Positions 1 to 12,400 of a DNA stretch of 57,759 nt are shown here, one piece after another. The DNA is from Hydrolagus affinis (lineage: Eukaryota), in contig JAAILG010002115.1 of the NCBI GenBank assembly GCA_012026655.1, positions 1 to 57,759 on the forward strand, written 5' to 3'. The position numbers and the translations under genes were made by a program. Position 1 is the first letter of the stretch. Each line of letters starts with the position of its first letter. The notes below the pieces were generated by a model. The model was not told where the DNA came from, searched no databases, and was given only the letters and a program-made list of their open reading frames with translations.

Positions 1-26
1 CGTTGCTGTTTGCTCTTTGTTTCCGT

Positions 27-188
27 GGGGGGGGGGGGGGTTTATTTAAGGCATTTTTTTATTGTTTAAAAAAAAGTTAATAAAAGATGAGCAAGAAAAC
101 GGGAGAATTATCATCATTTTATATATTGAAAAAAATATTTTTTTCTTTTTTTTGATGGGGGTGGGGGGGTGGGGGGGGGGGGGGTGGG
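27..188 (+). repeat. G homopolymer tracts in intron 1; G-quadruplex-capable
   Basis: G14 at 27-40 and G5-T-G7-T-G14-T-G3 at 157-188. Confidence 0.7.
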
Positions 189-277
189 TGTTGAGAGGGT
201 TTAAACCAGCGCTTTTGTACCCAGATTGACACAAGCCGAGAGAGAGGCGCAGTGAACTAACATCTGGTTCATGTTAG

Positions 278-406
278 TTTTAGGGTTTGGTGTGGATCCA
301 GCCTTGGAAACTGACCTCTTTTCTGCTCTGCAACTGGACGATTCGACCAAAGGGATTGTCCAAGTCCAAGGATTTCACAATGGAAGCAAAGCGTTTTTAT
401 TTCAAG
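278..406 (+). CDS. NELL2: NELL2-like exon 2: end of signal peptide and start of TSPN domain ([42 protein letters not shown])
   Basis: Branch-like CTAAC at 257-261, AG at 276-277, donor CAAG|gtaata; 129 nt, phase 1-1. The ORF track reads this region in the wrong frame. Confidence 0.9.
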
Positions 407-3400
407 GTAATAAATAATGACATCGATCCTTGCTTTCCTTTAAAATTAGATATGTATTTTGAAAAAAAAATATTTTTTTTAAATGAAAAAAAATCCGTCT
501 TGAGCCGAGCTGGGAATGGGGGAGTGAATGCGTTTGCTTCTGGTTCGCAGCTGAAACAGATCCTAAAGAGGCTGAAGGAATTTACAAGGAAGGAAGGAAG
601 GTTGTGAAACCGATTGCATAACTAGGTGTAGAGGATTCCGCCGAGCGGCCAATACTCTCGAGTCCCTCCTTCCCCCTCGAGCACGGTGTCTGATCCCTAT
701 CTCTATCTCGAGGCTTATCTATCACCTCTCTATCTTTACCCCCCCAAAGGGTAAAGGTGTAGACAGAGCCCCTCCACATCCCCTGCCCTGGGAGATGGTC
801 TCCGCCGCGGGTTTGTCTCTGTCTCCCTCATACCCAAGATGATTCAGTCAAATAAGCTGACGAATCAACCCTACTGTTAACATTGGGCATTTGCTGTGTT
901 ATCTACAGTGTTGCTCTGGCAGATGCGGTAGGAAAGTAGAGGTGGGGAGGTTGTTGCAATGCTTAAAATGGATCAGAAACACGATAACCCGTGAGCCAGC
1001 TTATTAGATTTCAATCAATTATGGACCCTGGCTTGTGGATATACAGTATGGTGAACAGGAAGCAATTTTTATTCAAAACTGTTTTATTTGCGGAGAAAGA
1101 TTCAATTGCATAAACAAAACACAAAATCCTATGGATGCTGGGAATCTGAATTGCAATTCAATCTGTTTCAAGATTCAGTTGGCATTGATGCCACCCACCC
1201 CAGCCAGCCTCTGTAACTAATAATGGAGAGATATTGCTTACATGGGAGACCCGTGACACTGATCTCCCATCGATAAGGGTTAGCGTTTTACAAAGTTCCT
1301 TCAGTCACCTTCATTTCGATCTGTTTGGTTAAAGGCGCAATGTTGGTGTTTGGTTCTGTTAATGTCTGTCTCGATCTGCTGCTGCTGGATCCAACGAGCT
1401 TTGCAGCCTTACATTTCATTAGATCATCTTGGACAATAAAACACAAGGTACACACACACACACACACATAGGATTAACTTGGTTTGGGTCAACAGGAGCT
1501 TCAGTCCTCAACTCTGTGGGTATGAATGCACCACAGAGGGTTTAGCAAGCGTTCGCCTTGTATTGATATTTCACTTGAGAAAAATCAACAAATAATAAAT
1601 CTGGTATCCATCTAGCCTGGACATATAAACGTAGATCACTGGAGTAAGGAGCTATTTCCCCCCACCCCCCCCCCAATGGATAAACACTGTATTGGCACTG
1701 CAGGGTGTTTCCCAGTCTGACCTATATTGTGTGGGAAGGGAGGGAGTGACTTTCTCACTCCATACAATGGTACCTTTCTGGTTAATCAAGCAAGGCCTGA
1801 CATTTACAGTGTCCAGAAGATGTCACTGGATTCTACTCTTCATTCTTCCAAGTTGTATTCAGGAAGGAGTTGATGTAGTGAGCTGATCAACTGAGAAAGG
1901 ATAAGGAAGGGCTTCTTCCAAATATATGCACATTTAAGAAAGTTTTTTTTCCACACAGGAGTCAAATCATATTTACCATGTATCTGTTTTGTATGGATTG
2001 CTGCTAAAACACGAAAGGTAAAAGAATGCTAAATGTATCCACATTTTAACCTTCATTCATATCTACCATCAAGAGCCATTCTAATTTCCTTTTATGAAAT
2101 TCCAAATATAGTGAACAGCTTATTTGTCTACTTGGCCAATTATTTGAATCTCCAAATTGTAGTATGAGAAACAAGCTTTGAAGCATTTAATTGGATTCAT
2201 CCTCTGACAGTAAATGAAAAGATTACAATACCGTGTGTTCTTAAAGCTAGCATTAAAAAACAGTGTCTATATTGTAACATAGGCTGCCCCGAGGTTACAA
2301 TTTTTTTGTTATCATTTTTGCTTAGATTTATTTTCTCTGGACAACTTAATAAAATAACAGCAGGATTCATTTACGAGCAGAAAACACAGCTCAGAGGCAA
2401 GCAAGAAAGGATATTGTCTTTGCACCGCAATCAACTAGACTGGTATTAGTACTGTTATTCAACCAATGTCAGTACAATATGTCAACATGGAAATCCTACT
2501 GGAACAGCCCGTAAACATGATCTAATCCTGGAATGTGGGATCCTGCTAATATCGATTGCAAAGGAAAAACATGATGGACAAATTGAGATCATGTACTTGC
2601 CTTTGCTTTTGTCCATTGCTTACCAATAGGACTCAGTCGATAAAGGAAGCAGCATTATATTATTCTAGGTGATGCTTTCAATTTACTAGTAAACAAGGAT
2701 GCTGAAGCTGAAAATACTAGATTTTGCCCCACTGTGAAAAGATATTATTTGAAAATAGTTGTAAGGTTGCATTACTGTGCATGCTTTGTAGACAGAATAC
2801 ATACAGAATCTACAGAATGTGGAAAATGTATGCATGCAGACGAAAGCGATAACTAGCACCAACTGTATTAAAACACATCCCTGACATTTTGATAAGAACA
2901 CATCTTCATGTAAAAATCAATTCTCTTTCCACCAATATCAGTCATTAGCCAGTGAACAACAAAGGCACAAATGTATTATGATAGTGCAGGCAATAACTCA
3001 TGTGTCCAAGGCTGGATGGTGGCTCGAGGGCAGTTTTTACCACCTACAACCTGCAGACCATATTTCTTTGCCTGGAATAGATGAGAACCAGAAACTTGGC
3101 AGTATACTGGTGTTTTCTTGATGGTTCCAGCACACATGATTTCATCTCCTTGATGTGAATGAGACACCGATCTTATAGTAACATAGTGGCTGTGCCAACA
3201 AAATTGTTGCTCACAATGTACTTCATTCAACAACAATAATAACCAATTGAATTTATTATTCAAATAACATTTACTATGAATGTATATTAAGGATTGGAAA
3301 CAGATTATTTCTGTTTAACAAGCCTTTTTGTAAATGCACTACACTAATGAATTTATCTTTATGCAGTATTGGAAATATATCCATAACTCCACATAATTTT

Positions 3401-6400
3401 CATGGCCAATACATTATTCGCCATAAATTCACTAAAGTTCAGTCAACAGGGACAATGTATATATACACAGTACATGTATATCCTGCAATTTTCATGAAAG
3501 TAACAATTGAGAGATTTTGAATTCAAATAGTGTATTTTCTGCATAATTGAATTTGCATATTAACATTAGCTTAATTAGCATAATACATTAATATATATTC
3601 CTAACAGCATGTAAGAATTTGCTGCAAGAATCATAACGAGATGTGATTCGCTTGGTTTAGTAGTTAGGGAACACTCGCTTTTATTCGCTCTAATCTGTAT
3701 ACAAATGAAATCCAACTAGCACACTTAATTAATGCTATTCTGAAGAGCTTAACACTATTGATAACAAATATGCTTGAATTCTAAAGAGAAAAAATGATTT
3801 CTAATAAACTGAATTTGAACATTTATTAAGTCAAGTATTTCATTGTTAGAGAATTCCTAATACAGTACTGTATTCTGGTTAGATGCTCAAAAGTTCATTA
3901 ATTATTTAGCAAGGCTATTTTAATTTAGCAAATGTGTTTTAATCTAATTTACCCATATATCCTAAATACGATATCATTCAACTATTGAACAGGCACCTTG
4001 TTTCATTTGGGTATTAATGTAAACCAAGTAATTTATCTAACATGATTGGCAGCTCTTTCTGTCTATAAAAAACACAGGGTGAGGTGCTTTGAGACATCCT
4101 CTGAAAGTAACATTTGCTATATTAAATGGAGGGATTATTATTTATTTTAACAGTTTGATTCTCTCCTTCCCCTCCTCACTATTTAGAAACCCAAAACAAA
4201 ATAAAGTTGCTTGAATAAAAGGTAGTATCCAGTGAGCAATAATCATAGTGGCAAGGCCAATACAACAATCAACTCTGAGGTTACCTGCCTCTTCTATCAA
4301 AAGGTACTCTTTTTTGTTCATTGAGGTTGACTCGAGTTGGAAATGTTGACTCGAGTTGGAAAGAAGATTTATTTTTTCGAATCAAGTTTATATTGAAAGC
4401 CGCAGATTTTTGAGATTACTCTGATTTAATATTAATGAAGCACATCACAGTGCTGCTGCCTCAGCCAAAGCACCAGTGCTGGGTAGAACTCTATACTTTC
4501 ATTCCACGCTGATGGAGACATAAGCAAGGTTTGACAGTCATGAACTGTGATCTAAGGAGAGCAATGCGTTTTATGCTTACGAGTGAAGAAATAATTATGA
4601 GAGAGATGAGATCGCAATGAGAAAGAGAGATTGATAATGGTGCAGATTCCTCCTCCTCACCACTCCCCATACTACAAGCAGCTACTACAAAAATAACAAA
4701 GTATCTCACAGTGCACATCTACAAAACTGAAATGGAGAAAAAAGAGAAAAGACATAAAATGAATACTGCATAATATGTATAATATCATTCCACTGTAGTG
4801 TGGGCAAGCACCAGCAGAATTCCCAAAGGACTAACCTCAGGAGATGCACATCAATGTCACAGACAGAGAAGAGAAAGAGAAAGACGAATACATGAATGCA
4901 GAACGTTGACTCCCTAACATTATTGTAAAGAAAGCAGAGATATGTACTGAGTTTAACCATCATACACAACTTTGCACAAACAACAGAAAACAACAAGTGA
5001 AGAACAAAAAACAAAAACCTGGAGGTGGGGAGAAATTCCACAAACAAGGAACAAAGGAGGGCAGGAATACAGGCCAATTCCATTAATATTTATAAATACT
5101 AAAGCAGCATTCTTTGAATTTTATTATTGATGTTACAATTATTCAAGAAGCTCATCGCAGTGACTGAGGTAAATTGGATTTTGAGACATTTTGACTGATC
5201 TTATGTTATGAGAAATTTTAACGACTGATTAAAGCCCATAAGATATGGTGCTGGTCGGCCTGAATAAAACAAAATTAAAGATAAAGAATAATCAGTCATA
5301 AAACATGACTGAGATAGACGTCTCAACGATGTGATAAGGCACTATATCAAATGCAAAGGTTGTTATTACATTGTTCATTGGTTGGTGGTGCATTATAGTA
5401 ACTTATTGGAAAAGTAGATAAGTGGCTGCAAGTCATTTTTTAGTAAGAACGGTATCATTTAATTTTAATGTTGAAGCGAATGTACAAATCACTCATAAAA
5501 TAGTCAATCTATTTTACAGTGTATCCTGTGAAGTGCTTTGAGACATCTCAATGATGTAATAAGGTGCGATATCAAATGCAAGGATTAATGTTCAATGTAC
5601 ATAAGCTCACATTTCGAATTAGCTCTTGCGTCTATAAGGTAATTATTATATATAGCTAATATTGTTCTGTTTATTTCAATTATAATTTCACTGCTACCTG
5701 CAAAACAATCCCAGGCAATTTTTTTTAGAAAAAAGGAACAATGTGCCTTTACCCAAAGTTTTGTAATGGAATAGCTAAGTTTGGACCTCCATAACGATGT
5801 ACCACTTAAAACTAAATAATAATAATAATAATCCTTGCATTTCATATAGTGCTTTTCACATCTTCTAGACGTCTCAAAGCGCTTCACAGAATATACTGTA
5901 AAGTGAATTGACTGTATATATGTGAGCGAAACGAGACAGCCAATTGTGCACAGCAGTGTCCCACAAACAGTCATGGATTGAGATGACCAATTTTTTATTA
6001 TTGTTTTTTTTAGAGGGATTATTATTAGGCATGTGGAGTAAGAAAACTTGCCCAAGGTTTCGCCCTGACCTGCCTGGATTTGAACATAGGTCTCACGCTT
6101 GTAAGGGGAATGTTCTAACCACTAAGGTACAGGACTCCACATGTATTAAATGTAATATAGATACAAACACACATACACAATGTATAAATTCAACTCTATC
6201 TTTAACAACAACAACTTATATTTGTAAAGCGCCCTTTATGCAGGCTAGCAACTTGGAGCCAATGAATAAATAATGAATAAAGTGCAGGAGAGATACAGCT
6301 GCCATTTTGAGGGGATAATAGGCTTATTGGTGTATGTTTCTTTTCAGAGCCTTTCCCTTGAGCCTGACTCTCAGAGAACATGGAAGCTTGTGGTATGACG

Positions 6401-9400
6401 AGCAGAAACTCCATTGAGTGTGGTCTTCTTAACCTAACGATCCGAAGAGCAATGACGTTGCATTTTGCGTTTTTAAAATCATCATAGAATTATACAGCAT
6501 GGAAGGAGGCCATTGAGCCCATTATGTCTGTGCTGGCTCTTCGAAAGAGCTGTCCAAATCAATCCCACTCCCCCGCTCTCTCCCCATAGCCCTGCAAACT
6601 TGTACTTCCCAAATAATTATCTACTTCTCTCTGAAAAGAATTACCTTTCACCTCCCTTTTAGGCAATGCATTCCAGATCTCAACAACTTGCTGTGTGAAA
6701 GCATTTCTCCTCGCCTCCCCTCTGTTTCTTTGAACAACCATTTTAAATCGGTGTCCTCGTGTTGCTGATCCACTTTCCAGTGGAAATAGCTTCTTCTTGT
6801 TCACCTCATCAAATCCCTTTAGAATTTTAAAAACTTCTAATTAGCTTAACCTTATCTGCTCCAAGGAGAATAATCCTAGTTTTTCCAGATAACTGTCTCC
6901 TGATAACTGAAGTCCCTCATTCCTGGTATCACCCTGGAAAATCTCCTTTGCACCCTCTCCATTGTCTTGACATTGTCCCTAAGGTGTGGTGCCCAGAACT
7001 GAACACAGTTCTAGCCTAACCAGTGTTTTATAAAGGTTCATCATCACCTTTTGATTTTGGTATTCTATACCCCTATTTATAAAGCTTAGTATCCCATAAG
7101 CATTTTCAACAGTTTTATTTCAAAGATGTTTTGCTCACAAATTATTCAGTCAATTCATTTATTCTGTAAAGCGTTTTGAGACGTCTAGAAGATGGGATAA
7201 GGCGCTATATCGAATGTAAGGATTGTTATTATTATTATCTACCTGTCCTGCCACCTTCAAAGATTTACTTATATGAATCCCAGGGTCTCTGCGCTCTCTG
7301 CTCCCTCTACTGGGCTCTCTGCTAAACAATGTTTAAGAGCACAGAGTCCAAATCAGTGGTTTGTGGCTTGAACTCTTCACATATCGGGCTTATTAGATGG
7401 ACTGAAAATACAGACAAGTTGTGCAAATACCTCCTTGCTGTTGGCTCACGTGCAACATTGGCACAAGCCTTTTTGTCTTGACTAAACTCTCAGCTGGGGA
7501 AATGATGTTTAGCTTGGGGATAGGTTGTTAAAAGTGAGCTGTGATAAATATATTTGCCAGAAAACAACAGCCTAATTAACTAATTTTTAAAATTAACTGT
7601 CATGACTTCTTTTTCCCCCCCTCGCTTACAATAACAACTTGGATTTATATAGCCCTCTCCATGCCGGAGGCGTCTCGCTAAAAGATTATTTGAATCTTTT
7701 GAATCTGTTGTGTGCTAAATGTCTCCACAACTGAAACTGCACTGTATCATTTCTTGTCTTTTTTTTCCTTTGATTGGTGGGATTTTTATGGTTTATAGGT
7801 CAGGAAATAGGTTAAGGCTGATTCTGTTCATGTGACAGAAACTGTGTCACAGCATCTAGCACACACACCATGGTGGATGCTGAACACTTTGATGTGATTG
7901 CTTTTGAGCTACTTCATCATTTATTGATGATTCTATTAAAGTAGCTCATATACTTGGATCACATGGAGGAATTGCAACAACCTTTGCTGGGAAATGAATA
8001 AAAATTTGCTCAGCATGAAATATAGTTTACAGTTCTGGTTATATGGTTCTGCTGATTAAGAGATTTATTTCACCTTTGTCTCAAAATTGTTTCCTTTAAA
8101 ATTCTTTGCAAATTCTAACAAGGTTCGGGGGAGAGGAGGGGGGAGAGATTAGAGTGCTGCCTTCTAGGAAGATGGGTTCCGTTCTCACAAAAGGCAATTT
8201 CAATTTCAAACAGTGGTCGAAACAATGAACTTTCCATAATACAAAAATTTAATTTTAAAGGACTCTAAATTACACTATTTCCAATGGATTCCTTAACAAG
8301 AATCTCTTTAGAATTGCTATGAACCAATGGAAGCAGATTGCTTCAGAGTAAAATTGATTATCAAGAAATCCTGTAAAGAGCTGTTGCAAGTTAAACTCCC
8401 AAGATCTAGAATGAGATTCCAGTACTATACGGATTTAGTAAAAATGCAAATGATGTCACCTTATAACTGCACACTTATCTACACAGTTCGTTTCTATTAA
8501 TGCACAAAAAGATGAGGAATCAAAGGACATGGATGAAGCTGTCACACCGAAGAAAGTAAGAGTGGGATATGTATTGCTAAGGAATAACAACATAAAAAGC
8601 CATAAACCGCCTCTGTGTGTAGGAATGGCATAAGTGATAGACCTCACTGGGACAATGCTACAGCAGCTTCAAACCCCCCAAAATAACTTTCATAAACATG
8701 TTTTTGCAATTGGACAGCAACAATTATTCACACAAGAACCATGAAAAATGTAGGTCTATTTTGCTGCAGAAAAAGGTACATTGGAAACTCAGTTGTTTGA
8801 TTCATTTCTCATTCTTGACTGCTGCCATCCTGAGGCTGTTAGCTTACAAAGCCACTCTTCAGGGAGTTAGATTCCCCCCCCACCCCCCACCCACACTCTT
8901 CTCTCTTTTTTAATTGTCCTTATTCTCTTTGTCTTTTGATGTCCCTGTCTCTTTTCCAGGATTATAAGACTGCACTGGGAGTGGTTTCTTTCCTAAAATG
9001 AACATGTACATTTCACTTCATTTAAGCCACCCCGTCCCTTACCTCCATTTAAATTACTTACCACAATGGGTTCACTCTTGGATACTGTTTTGGCTCATGT
9101 GCAAGCCATGTCCCAGCAGGAGCTGAGGGGCTGTGCCACTAATGAGGGAGATCTGTAATATTAATTAATCCAGAAGACATTTAGATTCACTAGTTCCTTT
9201 ATTTAAACCTTATACAGTACTTCCTCTTTCTTTCATAATCTGCCCAGTTAGTTTCCCAGAATCCCTTTATGCTTGCTTGCTTCTCATTGTCAATGTTCAA
9301 ATGTCAATTAAGTCTTAAAGCAATATGCGACAAGATCTATGAAATGTTTTATGGATCAGAGAAGATTATAGTGAGGGGCCACTGCATTACCGCAATGTTT

Positions 9401-12400
9401 CCACCTTCAGGGAATCACATTTTCAATGGAGGCACAGAGCCTGGGTATTTCCAATTCTGAATCATTGTGTCTTAATGTTGAAATCTTAGGACACAACTTG
9501 GAACAGTACTAGTTTGTCAGATGTTTTAAAGAAAAGAATAAACTATGAGGTTAAATTATGCTAATGTTGGGGTTACAGAAGGAATGGGGTTAAGAAACCC
9601 AATTTATTTTACCCTATATAAATAAATATTAGCATGTCAACCGAACTTTAAATAAATAAAAACAATCACTGATTGGTTTTATGTATAATTGCCAGTTAGA
9701 TTCTATGGATTATATGGAAACAATACAGGTGATTTTCTAAATGGACAGTCTGACATTAATGCTGTGGTCCTCCTTGGGTAGAATTCAAGGGTGGACGCAT
9801 TCCTTTTCAGAAAATTCTTATCCAAAGGGAGTGCAGGACTTCACTACCTTAGAGGAAAATAATTTTAAAAATGTGGTCTTTAGAAAAGCTCAGGATTATG
9901 AGTGTATTACGAGGTTACACACTATTGTTTAATGAAGCAAATATTTACAAAATAAATTATGCATCAATGCGTATTCATGTGCATGCAAAGTTTTCCTATA
10001 AATTTAGCAAGGTGGTGTTTTCCCTTGAAACTAAAGTAATGATTTCAGCCTGGCTCAGTTAGCAGCATTTTCCTCTCTTGAGTCAGAAAGAGTCCTGTAG
10101 CTCAGTGATTAGAGCACTCGCCTTGCAAGCGAGAGACCTTGGTTCAATTCCAGGCAAGGTGAAATCTTGGGCAAGTTTTCTTACTCAACATGCCCAATAA
10201 TAAAAAAAAAGCAACAATAAATTAGTCATTTCAATCCACGACTGTTTGTGGGACACTGCTGTGCACATTTGGCTGCCACGTTTCGCCCACATATATAGAG
10301 TCAGTTCACTTTACAGTGTATTCTGTGAAGCGCTTTGAGATGTCTAGAAGACATGAAAAGCGATATATTAAATGCAAGAATTATTATTATCATTATCGTT
10401 TCATGAAATTTACCAATACTGCCTGTTGAATCCAAGTGAGTAGCTGAGATTTAAAAGAATTGGATGAACAAAAAGAATTGATCAGCATTAGACACTAGTG
10501 AAATAAATACATTGGTTGGCAGTAGATACAATACTGATTACTGTAGAATTTAGAATATGGTGCAAATATGGCATTTATCACATTTTGTACAATTTACAAA
10601 CAATGTTCTTATTTCTATTGAGTAAAACAGAAGTCTGATCTCACATGTTTTAATGTCTTATCATAATGGAATGCCTCAAAGCATCTTTTGATAGTAATTA
10701 AGTAAAATGACTGTTTTTGTAGACAAATGCTTCAATACATTCATGAAGATAATTATTTCCTTTTATGTGCATTACATATTTAAAGAACATAAAAATGATG
10801 CTAATATCTTTTTAAATGTTTGATGGATATGAATAAGTTCATTAACAATTTAGATAAGTGGTTCAGATATATTAAAACATACTTTCTGATATTTTTATTT
10901 TGTGACCTAGCTTATTTGACTGTTATTGTGACCTTGTCATGGCAGTTAAAATAACAGTAGAAAAAGCAGAATGTGAGACATGCTCAACAACAACAATTTA
11001 CATTTATGTGGCATCTTTCAGGTGAGGAAGATGTCTCATAAAACATTTCACAAAACACACAAATATGAAATAAAATCTTGGTGTTCACTCGTGAAAAGTA
11101 ATTACCAGCTTCTCTCAGAACAGTGTTGCTCAGAACAGCAGTGTTACTTTTTCAATTAGTTTTAAACATTTCCTGCAAATTGACCTTCACTTGTCCTATT
11201 TATAACTTCCCTGGACTCAGCTGAAAGTACACAAGTAGGCATTCTGATATTTTCCCTTGGCTTTAATACAACTACAGTAGTTTCAATCGACAGTACACAT
11301 CGGAATATTCTTCCTCAATAAGGAAAAGTACCATCTCTTAGAAGAGATGAAAGAAATCCATAGTGAAAGGGAATGGAGTGAATGTTGCGGTCATGGGTTT
11401 CTGGAAGGCAGCTGATAAAGTGCCTCCTAAGACACATGTTGCAAAAATTAAAGTTAACATAGCAACATGGATAAAGGGATGTAAGTAGAGTAGAACTGTA
11501 TTAAAGTCACATGTTTTCCATTGACAGTGGGGAAACCCCAGAGATCTGTGCTAATGCCTCAATTATTTTCCATATAATCTGGGTCTGGGGGCAAAATGTC
11601 AACATTTAAAATAATACTGAATTAAGGGACATGACAAACTGTGATGCAGACTGTCGAAGTTTATAGGAGGACATATATACATTAACATGATGGACAGATA
11701 CATATTAGACTAATATTATTAAATTATATGCCCTTGGTGAATAGATATTTAGGACTTAAAGAGTAGGAGTACAAGTAAACAAAACCATAAAAAATCAAGG
11801 GAACTTCTACATTTTATATATAGGCATTTTGAATACAAGAGCAAGGAGATAAATATTGGCAAATATGTGCAAGACATCAGTTGGGCTGCAAATGAAGTAT
11901 TTCATCTATTTTGCTGTGCTTCACTGTAGAAAGGGCATCATAGCCATAGAGATAGCATGTGAAATGAATGAGATTACACAATCTCATTTCAAGTTCATCC
12001 CTTGTTATCATTAATCATTGTTAAACCATCACTAAGGTGGGGGGGGGGTGGTTAGCAATTATGATAAAATATCTTAAACAGGCAGATGTCATTTTCATTG
12101 AAAACAGCTTGAATTGTTATGGCATTTCATAGCAGCAATCACCATGGTCATCAAGAATTTCCTTTCAAAAGCAACATAGTTTGGTGCAGTATATTGAATG
12201 CTTAATTTGTGAACATTATTGTATATTAGGGTTCGGTTGTTTTATTTCTGATTATGATTCTTTTACAATCCTGACCCACAATCTGAAGCAGAAGCTTTTA
12301 CTTTTGGAGATCCCACCAATTGGCATGATTTTATTCTTGTTACTGGAAGAAGCCCTGTACCACAAATTGGACCCCGAGTGAGCATGATCTTGTTCGGGTG

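Noticed and set aside
287-607. 106-aa ORF over exon 2
   Set aside because: Wrong frame relative to the NELL-homologous exon, and it runs on into the intron.
4491-5083. Hydrophobic minus-strand ORFs as an antisense membrane-protein gene
   Set aside because: They arise from an A/G-rich low-complexity + strand; no recognisable domain or splice structure.
10090-10162. tRNA genes (Ala/Val-like), also at about 52318 and 56283
   Set aside because: Acceptor stems are mismatched, anticodons vary between copies, and each continues into a SINE body without a terminator.
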